A stretch of 62,752 nucleotides of DNA, filler included, from Rhabdomonas costata (GCA_019059605.1; 37 parts of 37 records of this genome joined end to end with filler, not necessarily neighbours in it), one strand, 5' to 3'. Shown: positions 39,076 to 51,272, counted from the first letter of the whole stretch. The notes: generated by a model not told the origin, from the sequence alone. A program made the numbers and translations.

Positions 39076-40664
39076 TGTTTTTGGGACTCCGCGGTGTACA
39101 GCCGAATCGCAGTCTCAAAAAGCTCCTCATCGCTGCCGCTCATAAATGCCTTCTTCAGCTGCTCCGCGATCTGCTCAGGTGTGGGATGTCGTGGCCAGAA
39201 GTCGCTCTGGGAGACCTCACCCTGTTCAAAATGAGCGGCCCTAAGGCTCGACCATACCGCGTAGTCTATCTTCCCGCAGAGGAAGGCCCTTCCTTCCCGC
39301 ATGACACCGTTGCACAGCTCCTCCACCGAAACTTTCGTGCGGTCAAAGAGAACATTTCGATCTCCGATCAAGGGACTTTTTGCAACGGAACGAGCGAAGG
39401 ATCGGTTGTACGTCCGAATCGACACGGTGCCGCAGGCTCTTGGCCCACTGGAGTCCGCAAGTGATGTCTCCGGCTGGCCAGACGAGTTATCGCTGAACAC
39501 GTTCGTCAGGGTATCGACGATGGCCGCAGGGTCGGAAGAGATGTCGCCAAAGCGATGCAAAAGAATACCAACAGACTGCTCAAACAGGGGCGCTGCGGCG
39601 GCGTGCTTCCCTTGCCTAAAATACAGAACACCAAGGTTGTTAAGGCTAACCGCGACATCCGGGTGAACCTTCCCAAGCTGCTGCTTGCGAATCCTCAAGG
39701 CCTTCTTAAATAACGGCTCTGCGGCGCCGTACTCGCCTTGGTGGGTGTATAGAGCCCCAAGATTGTTCAGGCAGACTGCAACTGCAATATGATCTGTGCC
39801 AAACAAATGCTTCTTGTCGGCGAGGCGATTCTGTATTGCTTCCTGTGCCTCTTCCAGGCTCCCTCCGTCAAGAAAAAAATCTCCTGCTAGGCTCCAAAAC
39901 TCGTCCACGGCCTCGACTTCCACCACACATATCTGCTGCTCTCCACTCTCACAAAAACCCTGCGTTTTCACAAATTCGCTCAGCTCCCGAATGCTCATCC
40001 ACTGCTGCCGCTTCAGCCGGAACTGCTGGCCCATCGGGAACAAAACCCCATACTCCTCTGGATACATCGACAAATGAGAGATGCTTGCCCCACAGCATCG
40101 GGGATTGGTCGGATTGCCGATGGAGATCACTATAACAGTATTTGCTTGAAACGCAGGTATCAGTGTCAGCATTCTCTCCACTGACGTCGTGCATGACATG
40201 AATCCTTCCATCGAGAAGACATTGAGCTTGGAATCCTTCTGTGGAGTATACTGGGCCTGCTGCTCCGGGCTCAGCTTGAGGGCGCGGTAGCAGGTCGAGC
40301 GATGAGGGTGGCTGTCGGTAAGCCTCCGAAGCGCGCTCTGGAGTATCCACACATATGCCTTCATATGGACCTTGGTTTCGTCACGGTTCCGCAATATTGC
40401 ATTTACGCAGCGGAACAAAAAGGACTCCGCGGTGTACAGCCGAATCGCAGTCTCAAAAAGCTCCTCATCGCTGCCGCTCATAAATGCCTTCTTCAGCTGC
40501 TCCGTGATCTGCTCAGGTGTGGGATGTCGTGGCCAGAAGTCGCTCTGGGAGACCTCACCCTGTTCAAAATGAGCGGCCCTAAGGCTCGACCATATTGCGA
40601 AGTCTATCTTCCCGCAGAGGAAGGCCCTTCCTTCCCGCATGACACCGTTGCACAGCTCCTCCAC
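39076..40664 (-). CDS. Intronless NAD:arginine ADP-ribosyltransferase-like (R-S-E clade) + TPR protein, partial, with a tandemly repeated module
   Basis: IRLYTAESFLFRCVNAILR, CYRALKL (R), FMSCTTS (S) and YPEEYGVLF, then kinesin-light-chain-like TPRs (VAVCLNNLGALY...AEPLFKKALRIRKQQLGKVHPDVAVSLNNLG). The N-terminal ~80 aa recur 446 codons later. Confidence 0.9.
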
Positions 40665-40783
40665 CCAAACCCCNNNNNNNNNNNNNNNNNNNNNNNNNNN
40701 NNNNNNNNNNNNNNNNNTTAATTAATTAANNNNNNNNNNNNNNNNNNNNNNNNNNNNNNNNNNNNNNNNNNNNGCAAACCATT

Positions 40784-40815
40784 ATATAATAATATCAAAG
40801 AAAATATTATTATAT
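40784..40815 (-). terminator. AT-only hairpin 3' of the penton gene (putative transcript-end signal)
   Basis: ATATAATAATAT-caaagaaa-ATATTATTATAT: perfect 12-bp stem with 8-nt loop, starting 8 nt after the stop codon. Confidence 0.45.
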
Positions 40816-40822
40816 TTTATGT

Positions 40823-41611
40823 TCATAATAATGACTTCGGCTCATATTCTGATATATCAATCGTTAAATTCCAACCCTCTGGTGTAGAGTACGTGCCACC
40901 TAGAATAAAATCCAATTCGTCTCCATTCTGATCTAGTAGAGTAAATTCGAGTACGTCAACTCTGTTTACAAAAATAAAATTTCTTGTTGGATGTATCGGC
41001 TTGAATTGTATCTGACTAAATGGGCTCACATCAATTGGTATCCCTGTTATTATATTATTTTGATTTGAATTTAAATAAGCACCGCTTGTTATATTACATT
41101 TCACAAGAATTAGTTGAAGGTTATTTAATGTTGCTTGTTGTGGGCTTTCAACTGATAAGTTAGCACTTATTACCCCTCCGATTTGCACTCCATCATTCGC
41201 AAATCCGAGTAATTGCATGAACGAATTACTAGTACAGTTAATATATGTGTTAGGTTGACTAAAATAAACAATTGTCTTTGAAGTTGCAGGGTTTCCAGCA
41301 AATTTAAATAATTGTGCTCCATTTTGTGCGCTTGTTATGCGATTTATTGTTGTGTTCAGCTCATCGATACCATACACACCGATGGGAATATTTGTATTAT
41401 ATGTAGTACCATTAACCTTGTAAGAAAAACCAGTATATGAACTCGTAATGTTCGGTTGACAATAAACCACATTAGCTTGTAAAACCCGAAGTTGCCATTT
41501 CTTCTTTGGGTCTAATTCAATTGGAGGATTTAAATAAACTCTTACAGTGCTTCCTCTGTAATTAACGTATTTGTTAGAATCAGCCTTATTATTCACATAG
41601 ATTGAATACAT
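40823..41611 (-). CDS. Minor capsid (penton, single jelly-roll) protein of PLV/Polinton/virophage type, 262 aa, complete
   Basis: Motif order V.LNPPIEL...W.L, PNIT, IPIGVYGIDELN, SFMQLLGF, ILVKCNI..GAYLN...NII..IPI, EFTLLDQNG..LDF, W.LTI is typical of Polinton/PLV pentons, and the size fits. Confidence 0.82.
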   Translation of the reverse strand: MYSIYVNNKADSNKYVNYRGSTVRVYLNPPIELDPKKKWQLRVLQANVVYCQPNITSSYTGFSYKVNGTTYNTNIPIGVYGIDELNTTINRITSAQNGAQLFKFAGNPATSKTIVYFSQPNTYINCTSNSFMQLLGFANDGVQIGGVISANLSVESPQQATLNNLQLILVKCNITSGAYLNSNQNNIITGIPIDVSPFSQIQFKPIHPTRNFIFVNRVDVLEFTLLDQNGDELDFILGGTYSTPEGWNLTIDISEYEPKSLL

Positions 41612-41651
41612 TATATTATATGCTTAGATTTTTATCTTAACATGATATATA
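41612..41651. promoter_or_regulatory. 40-nt bidirectional AT-rich intergenic region with TCTW at -17..-14 of both ATGs
   Basis: Minus strand: TCTA (41628-41625) and ATATA-ATG. Plus strand: TCTT (41635-41638) and TATATA-ATG. Confidence 0.5.
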
Positions 41652-42372
41652 ATGAATCCATTTCTAAGTTCAAGTGATAATGTTTTAACCACAACAGGAA
41701 AAGTTATATCTATATCAGTTAATAAAATACCAACAGATGTATTCGGTGAAATAGATGTTCCATTGTCATCACTTCCAGATGTAACATTAACTGATCCATC
41801 TGACAAGCAAGTTTTACAGTATAACCAAACATTATCACAATGGATAAATTCATCAGTTTCATTAATATCATCTCTTGCATCACTTAGTGATTGTACAATT
41901 GCAACTGTTAGCGATAAACAAATTTTACAATATGATTCAAGTACTTCTACGTGGAAGAATGCAACAATTGCTCTTGTTTCAGCTCTAAATACATTGATAG
42001 ATTGTGCTATTAGTAACCCTACTAATAATCAAGTACTCCAATACAATTCAACTTCATCAAAATGGATTAATAGTCAGGTTACTAATAGCACAATCTATCA
42101 ATGTATTTAGAGCTGAAACAAGAGCAACTGTTAGCGATAAACAAATTTTACAATATGATTCAAGTACTTCTACGTGGAAGAATGCAACAATTGCTCTTGT
42201 TTCAGCTCTAAATACATTGATAGATTGTGCTATTAGTAACCCTACTAATAATCAAGTACTCCAATACAATTCAACTTCATCAAAATGGATTAATAGTCAG
42301 GTTGACCACACAACCTTATCAAATATCGGAACAAATACACATTCTCAAATAGATACGTTTATAAGTTCACAA
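41652..42372 (+). CDS. Virion fibre-like repeat protein (partial), interrupted by a probable amplification artefact at 42081-42303
   Basis: Repeats of L..L.D..I......Q(V/I)LQY......W.N plus DHTTLSNIGTNTHSQID, as in viral fibre proteins. The frame is continuous if 42081-42303 is removed. Confidence 0.7.
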
Positions 42373-43661
42373 NNNNNNNNNNNNNNNNNNNNNNNNNNNN
42401 NNNNNNNNNNNNNNNNTTAATTAATTAANNNNNNNNNNNNNNNNNNNNNNNNNNNNNNNNNNNNNNNNNNNNTCACATGCTTACATCGAAGGCTAGGGCG
42501 CACTGGATGACCTGAGCTTGGACCGAGTCTGCTGCACTGGGGGAAATGGACTGCTGACTGCACTCAAAAGGCGTGAAGGGGGAAGTGCGGACAGCATGCA
42601 AGACTCACCACTTGCCGAGTGCGGAGCTTATCCAGCTTCTCGCGGAACTTTTCATTGGTGTGCTGGTCTGGCGTGAAGGGCTTCTGCGGCTCCGAAAGGG
42701 GGAAATTGTCCGCATCCATTGGAAGGTGACGGTCCTACAGACTCCGGGGGCCGGGGGTGAGGCGCAGAGCGCCCCGTCCAGAACAAAAGCAAAAGCTCGA
42801 GTGAATATCAGAGGAAAAAGAATGCAGCGCTGTTGACAACCCTGACGGGAAGAAAAGTGCTAAAAACAACAACTCACCCTCTTAACGGGTGACTGGTGGA
42901 GCATTCATTATTAACCGTCGCTTTTTTTTTTCGCAGAAACTGAGTTCCCCGGTTCTCAGACAGAAGCACCCCTGACGACGGACACAGTTAAGTTCCCGTT
43001 AACATCACTCCATATTGCACCGCAGATCTGGTAAAAGACACAGCGAGAAGTGCCCTCACTGGTGGCAGTTGAATCCCAAGAAGGGTCAACCGTACGATCA
43101 TCATCCGCTGTGACCCGGTAAGCTGCGTCCGAAAAATGCAGTGCAGGAATCTTTCTCTCCCCATTGTCCTTAGGGGCAGTCCACAAGCAATGCGCAAGGG
43201 CTGCCCCCAAACTTCCTCAAGAGTCCAGCTTCCTCCGGAACAACACAAGATCCTGCAAAAAAGAAAAATGGGGCTGTGAGACAAGGCCCCACCAACACGA
43301 TCCGGATGTTCAGCGCCATGCGAACATGCCTGTGGTTTTACACCTCTCCTATACACTTTCAGGGTAACTTCAAAAGTGGCCACACCTTTGCATGGCATGC
43401 GTAAAACGACAGCCTTTCGAGCAGAATCAACGGCCGACAACCCCATGAACGCGAGTGCGGTGTGAAGTCCCGCCAAGACAAATAAGTCTAATCAGTCCAC
43501 TTGTCAAGGATGTTCTGGATTTGGAAAACAGAGAGAGCTGTTCGGGCAGGGAGAGGAGTAGAATGACCCATTTTGACAAATCTCACTTCTGCCGAAAAAT
43601 GGCCCTCAAGCCCCTTTCCGTGTTTTTCCAGAAAGCAGACAGCTCAAAATTCGAAGCGAAC

Positions 43662-44060
43662 CTTCAGGCACTGGCGGTAGGCCTTGGGGTCTCCACCCTG
43701 CAGCTGAGCCAGGACCTGGGCCTGCGCAGTGGGGTGGCCCGGCAGCAGCTGTGCCACCAGCCCGGAGAGCACTCCCACGAATGCACTCCCGAAGGCCTCC
43801 AACAGACCCTTGTGCAGCACAGCAACCTCGCCTAAAACCTGGGACCCCCACCCCCATCCACTCGAAGACGGAATGCACCACACAAGCGGTGGGCTTCAAA
43901 GAAACAAGAACCCGAAGAGAAATCGGAACAGGTGTGGACCTGTTCCTTGCAAGGTCTCACCCACTCTTGTTGCAGGCACACCGCCATGGCCTTGGCGTCG
44001 TTGACGTCGAAGTGGGGACGCAGCAGGCACTCCAGGCTGACCGGGGCCACGCTTCGTCCC
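43662..44060 (-). CDS. Exportin-T (Los1)-like C-terminal exons (~44060-43982, 43838-43662)
   Basis: LRPHFDVNDAKAMA|VLGEVAVLHKGLLEAFGSAFVGVL...LQGGDPKAYRQCLK resembles the XPOT C-terminus (F...DA....L.E.....K......G..F...L...D.K.F). Confidence 0.6.
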
Positions 44061-44170
44061 CACCCCAACCNNNNNNNNNNNNNNNNNNNNNNNNNNNNNN
44101 NNNNNNNNNNNNNNTTAATTAATTAANNNNNNNNNNNNNNNNNNNNNNNNNNNNNNNNNNNNNNNNNNNN

Positions 44171-45067
44171 TGTTGTGGGGGGAGGCGGTGCACCAGCACG
44201 GTCAGGGAGTTGATGGGCATCTTTCGAAGTGTGCGATACACCACATCCTCCTGGATGTCATGGTCCACGAGAACCAGCATCACCGGGTCCCCGACGATGT
44301 CGTAGACCATGGAGGAGTTCGAGTACACCGTGCCGTCCAATGTGACCTCGACGTAACTAGGCAGCGCCAGTGCCCTGCGCAGCAGGGGGGAAGTGCAGAC
44401 GCAGTGCAGTACACGTGTGATAGTGATAGGGTCCACCAAAACCCATTCCGTTAATCTGAGACTGGTCGTATGGCTGGGTTGCATCAGGTATGATCATCTA
44501 CAGATGGTAGGAGAACAAAAAAAGGTGTTAAAGTGGCCTCTTCCTGTACAGAACGGCTCATCAAGCTCGGAGGCTTTTCTCTAAAAAGAAACGCCCTAAC
44601 TCAAGGGGGTTGCGCAATGAGCTGGTGAGTTTTAAAAGAAGAAAGGATCCCCTTTTAGAAACTCATCGCACAAAACAAGTGGGGATGCACTTCGCAGTAT
44701 TCCACTGACTTGCCACGGTTGTCCCCCTCGGCATTTCGGCATTAGCTAACACAAAGTGACAAACGGCTGCACAGTTCTTCTCTCCTCACAACATCCATCA
44801 TTCATCGCTTGATGGATTCTCACATTTCCAAATCGAGTGAACTTCTGCTCCATTCGGGCCTAACGCACCGTGGCACGACGGGTTGCCTGCAGAGCACGGT
44901 TTGGCTGTTCTTGAAGGTCATCTGGCCCGTGTAGAACACCGTGGGATCGACTGGGCTGTAGAACTTGCACAGGTTCCAGTTCGTCGAGGCGAACCCGTAC
45001 CCCACGAGGGTCACCATCGTCACAGTGTCGTGGTAGCCGCGGCTGAGAGAGCAACCCCCCGTAGGCT
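44171..45067 (-). CDS. IPT/TIG-domain surface protein exons (~45067-44867, ~44380-44171)
   Basis: PTGG...TMVTLVGYGF...LCKF...VLCRQP and YVEVTLDGTVYSNS are IPT/TIG hallmarks. Confidence 0.7.
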
Positions 45068-48000
45068 GGTAGAAAAACGCCGCATGCGGATATGGAAAAA
45101 GCAGAAGCACCCGCACACACAAACCGGAAGAAAAAGTGAACGGAATGGAACGGGAAGGGATCCAGTTGCTCAGAATTATGATACTGCACCGAGGAGAGGA
45201 CAAGCGGGAGAGGGGTGCACTTTGAGAGATGTTTGCAAAGCGGGAAGCTGAAGCTTAATGAGAGTACGAAGACATTAAGGGGACGTACTGGGCGATGCGG
45301 AGGAAGAACATCAAAAGTGGTGAGCGGAGGTTGGGGTATTAACCACCCTTGAGCACCGGCAACTTCCAGGGTCCAAGATTTGGCGCCAGAAGCAGCCCAT
45401 TCATTGCGACATAGTTGCATAGTTGCGTGTTTTTAGTGCTTGTGTCCTTTCCAATACCATATCTTGTCAAGAACCCGTCGAGAAAAGTGGTGTAAAAGTG
45501 AAAAGCGGACAAATCGTGTGTGTGTGTGTGACCTACTTCAAACTGAAACACACAATTGATTTGTAAAGAGCAGCCAGCCGAAACAAAGGGAAACGTGGTG
45601 TGGGATTGCAAGCGCGGCTCGAGGCGCTGCTGCCCCAATGACGTTTTCCGAGAAAGACCACAGGATATGGATATGTGGGCAGGGGACCTGGGGGTGACAC
45701 TGCTGATCGTCGGGCTGGCCTTGCGGCGGAGCATAATCTCATTCCCGGTCTGCTGGCGGAACAAGGAGNNNNNNNNNNNNNNNNNNNNNNNNNNNNNNNN
45801 NNNNNNNNNNNNTTAATTAATTAANNNNNNNNNNNNNNNNNNNNNNNNNNNNNNNNNNNNNNNNNNNNGTTTTTGTATTCTTGTGTTCCGCGCTTTTGCT
45901 GTGAGGGAGTGCTGACAGACGCTGGAGACAAAGCAGGGGCAAACGACCGGGGTCTTCCATGGAGGCCGAGCGGAACATGTCAGGGCGCCCCTTTCGCTGT
46001 GAGCAATTTCCTACAGGCAGAGGTCCTCCGCCAAAGCCAAAGACACAAGAGCACTGAATCAAAGAAGCAGTGGAGCACTTCCCCACAAAGTGTGAGAGGC
46101 CTGACCGCCTGTACACTCACAGCAAAAGCGCGGAACACAAGAATACAAAAACACAAAGATGCACATGAATGCACACAAAAACAACAGTCACTGCTCGTTG
46201 CCAATGGGGGGAGGTCTGTCCAGAGTCTTCTGGAATCTGTGCAGCCCCAATCCGCAACGCTGCATGCCACAAAAGAGCGCCTGGAAGTGATGATCCTGAA
46301 ACATGGTGAGATCAAAAAGAGCACCCCGTCGTCCAAAACCGACCAGTACAACTGTTTTTAGTGCGAAAAGAAAAGGGAAGGGCCTTAGTTAACGCATGCT
46401 GGAGTCCCCAAGATGAGCATTGTCGCGACTGCTGACAATAAAACCTATTTCCGAATTATAAGGGATTTTCCGAATTATAGCGGGTGAGTGGCTGCGCATA
46501 TGCGGGTGTAATTTTCTTCAGGTCGGAGAAGAAGTAAAGAAAAAATGCCTCAATTCTAGCTGGCAGTGTAAAGGGTGTGGTGTGAGAAGGTCATAAGGAC
46601 ATCGCCTGCAATCGGTCTGCAGTGCAGGTTAAGCGTTAAAAGGTTTTGTCCCACAAATACACATGAGAAAATAAAATCATCATACAGTGAATTAATGTGT
46701 GCGGGACACACGTAAGACCCTCGACGTGGCGTGTACTGAGAAACTATTTTGGCAAATGAGCTGTGATGAGCAAGACTTAATGATGGGTTGTGAAAGCAGG
46801 AAAGCCTGGGGTAACACACACCGCTAGTTTCCAGCGGCCCTGCGCTGCAGGATCTGCATCTGCTCCGGAGTAAAATACTTGCGGTACTCCTCGGACGTTA
46901 GGAAGCCTCCACCCACCCCAGCTGGATCTGGCAACCGCAAGGTGACGAGGTGACAAGGCATTAGGCCTTTCAGGGTATGAATAAGCCGAGCAGATCGCTG
47001 AGCAGCTTAGGTATAGCCACACTGCAAAGAAACGCTAGAAACCCAAATTGTGAAGCAGCGACTAGCTACAGTGTTTAATCGCTGACCCAGTGAAGGTAAC
47101 GTATGTAAAAACTTCAACAGTCAATCAATCGAAGTGTTAAACAAAGCTCCAATCTCAGGTTACCACTAAATCAACACACATATGTCACGTGTCACGTACA
47201 TACACGTACATCACGTACATAAAGCAACAAACCTCAACCAAAAGTTACAGTGATTCCACTCCCATAAACGACAGGAGGGCTAAGACGAAGCGGGCCATGG
47301 GTCTTTTGTATATGCAGCAGATCTGATTAAACTCCCCACTGTGTGAGGTGCACGGTAACCCGAACCACATCCACGCACGAGCACAAACCAGCGGCGCCGG
47401 AGTCAGAGGAAGGACCCTCCCTGAAGCAGACACAAAAGCGATGCGAATACAAAAAGACAAACCACANNNNNNNNNNNNNNNNNNNNNNNNNNNNNNNNNN
47501 NNNNNNNNNNTTAATTAATTAANNNNNNNNNNNNNNNNNNNNNNNNNNNNNNNNNNNNNNNNNNNNACACAAAATGATGCCATAAAAAACGCCGCAACCA
47601 AGACCGCGGTGTCATGTCCCACCCGCTGCCAAAACCGAATACATGGTGCTATGGGCCTTTTGACTTTTCCAAACCGACCCAATTGCAACCTTCACAAATG
47701 TTATGCCGTTCAAAAACACACCTTTCTGTATTCAGGTAACCGGTGAAGGATTTATGTTGAGTCGATCTGCCATCTTGTGCGGTGCTCCCGTTGTTCCCCC
47801 TCCGCATGGGCATCGCCCGAATAGGCGGCTTGCCGCGGTCCTTCGGACGGAAGGGTGTCGGAACAATCCCGGTCATCGATTCCACATTATGCCACCGGAA
47901 ACAGAGGGAACCAGGTCGTGTGGGAACCAGGTCGCTTGAATAAAAAAGCTGCGTTTCCACTGCATTCGCTTGCATTCAAACTGTCCTTTGACCTTCCGCT

Positions 48001-49505
48001 TTAACCTATTAGTTTTGAGAAGGTGGGGGGGGGGCTTCTGCAGGGTGTTCCATTTAAAAAGACAAATACCAGTTTTACATAAAGAGCAGGAAACGATGCA
48101 GGCTCTGGGTTGTTTTATGCGGTGAGCGTGCGCATCCTGCTATGTTGTATGACAGATGTTTTGGTGCTTTCCACGTCGCTTTGTTCTTTTTGTGGGATTG
48201 CTTCTGCAACCTCTTTTTTTTGAATGCTCTGGCCCCTTGACCTAGGGGTTCCAAAAGGCCAAAGAAAGCAGAAACTTCAGCAGCGATAACCAGCCCAGGA
48301 AAGAGGAACAGTTGCGGGGTGGGCCAGAAGGGGTTGGGTTGTTGCGTTGCGAGAGGTGCACTGCACTGGATGCACAGGAGTAACCTGCTTTTTCGGCCAC
48401 ATCGGATCGCTCTACGGCTTTTCGGAGTGCCGCCATTGGGGCAAGGGTTACCAGCTTGCGGTGCATCAGCAGAAAACGCAAACACAAGAATCACGCAGGA
48501 AAACAGGAAAAGAGGAAAAAGAGCAAGCCTGGGCGAGGTTGAAGAACATTTCCAAGGACCCGTAACAAGGAAACCTGTGAGCCGTTTGAACCTAAGAATT
48601 CAGAGGCTTGCAGTCTTTGTGGTAACCAGAAGCCCCGCTCTGCTCCAGTGCTTCATGGTGTGTCTACTGGGTGTGTCTTCATTTGCCACAACCCACGCAC
48701 CAGGAAATTTTCGGAGCCGGTTGGCGAGAATGCCATAATCGGAAACAAGTGCTCATTCACTGAAGTCAGCGATAGGCCGCCCGAACAAACAAACTAACGA
48801 TCTCCACTTGTTTTGGATTTGGGGGACAGCTGATGAAGGGACCACGCGGTACTGGCAACGACGTCGTTTGTCCCCCACGCTGCGATCAATTACCGAAAGT
48901 GAATTTGAGGGCACACTCTGCCAAAGAAGGCGACATCCAAACAGGTGCAGTGTACAGCACTCATCACACTGTAATCAATTAAGGGGAAAAGAGGGCCAAA
49001 ATGCCACTCTTAACGACACCCAGAAAACGCTACAGCCTTTGGTTAGGCATATGTCTCATAACTGCACGTTGAACACGCACATACGCACAAACAACATTGA
49101 CAAACTATGCATTCAGGCAAAGCTCTAACAAGCACACAATCCTGACGAAAACCCCAACACCACCNNNNNNNNNNNNNNNNNNNNNNNNNNNNNNNNNNNN
49201 NNNNNNNNTTAATTAATTAANNNNNNNNNNNNNNNNNNNNNNNNNNNNNNNNNNNNNNNNNNNNTGTTGGGGTCGGTCAACACCGACCGAACGGGCCAGG
49301 TTGTTGCCACTTTCTGGATGACAGAGTCGTTAGCATCTCTGGGATTCAGGCCCGACTTTCGCTCCGGTTTCTCATTAAGATTTTCGTTTTTAATGAGTAC
49401 TGAGCCTGCCTCCTCGAGGACTTATCCTGTCAATTAGCCACGGCACATTATGTGTTTCGCTTTTTTCTTGGAATCCTCGTTTTTGCATTGTCCTTTTGCT
49501 CACAG

Positions 49506-50519
49506 CGCGGGGGGAGAGGCGTTGTGGTGGACTTCGTGGACTTTGAGCTGCAGACTCCATTGCGAGGAGACCTGCACGTGCCCCCGTACGGTTCCGTGCA
49601 GATCCAGGCCCGCGTGAGGGTGTGCTCACGCTGCTTCTTTTGATCCTTCGTTGTCGTGTCAAACAATAATTTCGGACAGAAAGATCGCGGGCAACATGGA
49701 TCGCTATGGTAGACGGTACGGTTAGTGCGGTAGAGGTTTGACACGGGTTGCCTGCAGACCACTGCGGAGGCTTCTGTGGGAAACTTCTTGCAAACCGTCG
49801 TTGTGGACAACCTCAACGACGACAGAAATGCCCACCTGATTGAGGTGCACGCCTACCTCACTCAACCAAACCAAGAGGTTTGGATGGCTTTTTTTCCTCG
49901 TTTGGGTTTTTCGTTTTGTGAAAAAACGGAAAGGAAACACTTGGTGTTCTCGTAGTTTTCTGCTGGCAACGAGAGATTGAGGAGAAAAGGAGCCATGCTG
50001 GGAAGACGATCAATTACTGAAATAAATGGATTCAACTATCCTTTTATGGTTCAGATTTTTTTCCCGTGATTTAGGCTTGCGGGGTGCGCCGTCTTGCTGC
50101 TACTAGCGGCACCCCGTTTGTGCGGGCAGGCCTAAAAAATTGTATGATTCAGATTCCTTAATAAGGTTGACCCTCAAGTACAATTGGATCTTCGGGAAGG
50201 AAAGTATCTGTGGTCCCTCATTCTTTGCAAGGCCATCCAAAATACAATGGACATCGCTGCCACGCTTCACTCGCATGTAATGCTTTTTGCCCACCAGACC
50301 CATCGTCTTTGCACTAGGCCTGGCTGGAGCTCCTCAGCCCCGAAGGGGGCTCGCTTCCTGCGGCAGGGCTGAGCTTCGGTCAGTGCTACCGCGGCCATAG
50401 CACCAGCAGGGCTTTAGTGGTGCGCAACACCACGGCGGACGTCCTCTCCGTGCAGCTTCAGGCCCCGCCCGAGCTTCACTCCTCCGAGGCACGTCCATCC
50501 CTGCACCAGCCCTCCAGCG
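49506..50519 (+). CDS. Exons of an unknown beta-rich (Ig-like) protein
   Basis: GC-rich blocks (DLHVPPYGSVQIQARVR; FLQTVVVDNLNDD; VRNTTADVLSVQLQAP) lie next to splice-like sites. Boundaries are approximate. Confidence 0.4.
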
Positions 50520-51272
50520 GAAGGGAGCAGGGCGGGTCAATAATGCTCCGCTGTGTAATGGCAAGTATTTGCAATGACGTCACATGGACATGGGCTCAGA
50601 AGCAGAATTCTTTCATTCTCGTACCTAGGGGTGATCCTGAAGTGGTGTTGTCCTTGCGGGGATATGGTAATGAGTAGGGGCAGCATTATTTTGGGGCGGA
50701 GGCTAGCGCCGGGGGCTGCTGGAGAGTGGCAGCTTAAGCGGAGTAAGAATGTGAAGTGTGAAATATGGTGAATGTGGGGATGGTGGCAAGGCATGTGGAT
50801 GGTGACTCGTTTGGGAATCGGGGGGTCCACACAGCCTGGTTTTTCCTTCCACCCCACACAANNNNNNNNNNNNNNNNNNNNNNNNNNNNNNNNNNNNNNN
50901 NNNNNTTAATTAATTAANNNNNNNNNNNNNNNNNNNNNNNNNNNNNNNNNNNNNNNNNNNNAGCCGCTACGGCCACGTGGGGAGCACCGGGTTCCATCGT
51001 GCACATGACGAGTTGGGAGGTAGGGTCTCGACAATTGACCGAGGGCATGTGTACATTTCTGTTGAAAATTGGCAGAAGGGCAAAAGAAATCCTGCAGGTT
51101 AACGATACGTGTGTGGATGAGACGGGTTTCCTTTTTTTTTCGGGGCGTTGTATTCTTGCCCGAAATGTGCGGGGGCGACTGGAAAAACAATTCACGTTTA
51201 GTTTTGTGTTCCATCGCATTGACTTTTCTGTCAATTACGTATCCCTGTGTGTGTGGGGGGGGTGCGCTTCAG

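Larger units (their letters stand above)
40774..42372. mobile_element. Fragment of a Polinton-like virus / virophage-type dsDNA element
   Basis: Much more AT-rich than every other contig, intronless, with ~40-nt intergenic gaps, and it encodes penton-like and fibre-like proteins. Confidence 0.8.

Noticed and set aside
42081-42303. Inversion plus exact duplication inside the fibre gene (phase variation or shufflon?)
   Set aside because: It is an identical inverted copy of ~41968-42018 followed by an identical copy of ~41901-42080. A double template switch explains this best, and the same artefact class occurs elsewhere in the window. Read-level data would be needed to exclude it fully.
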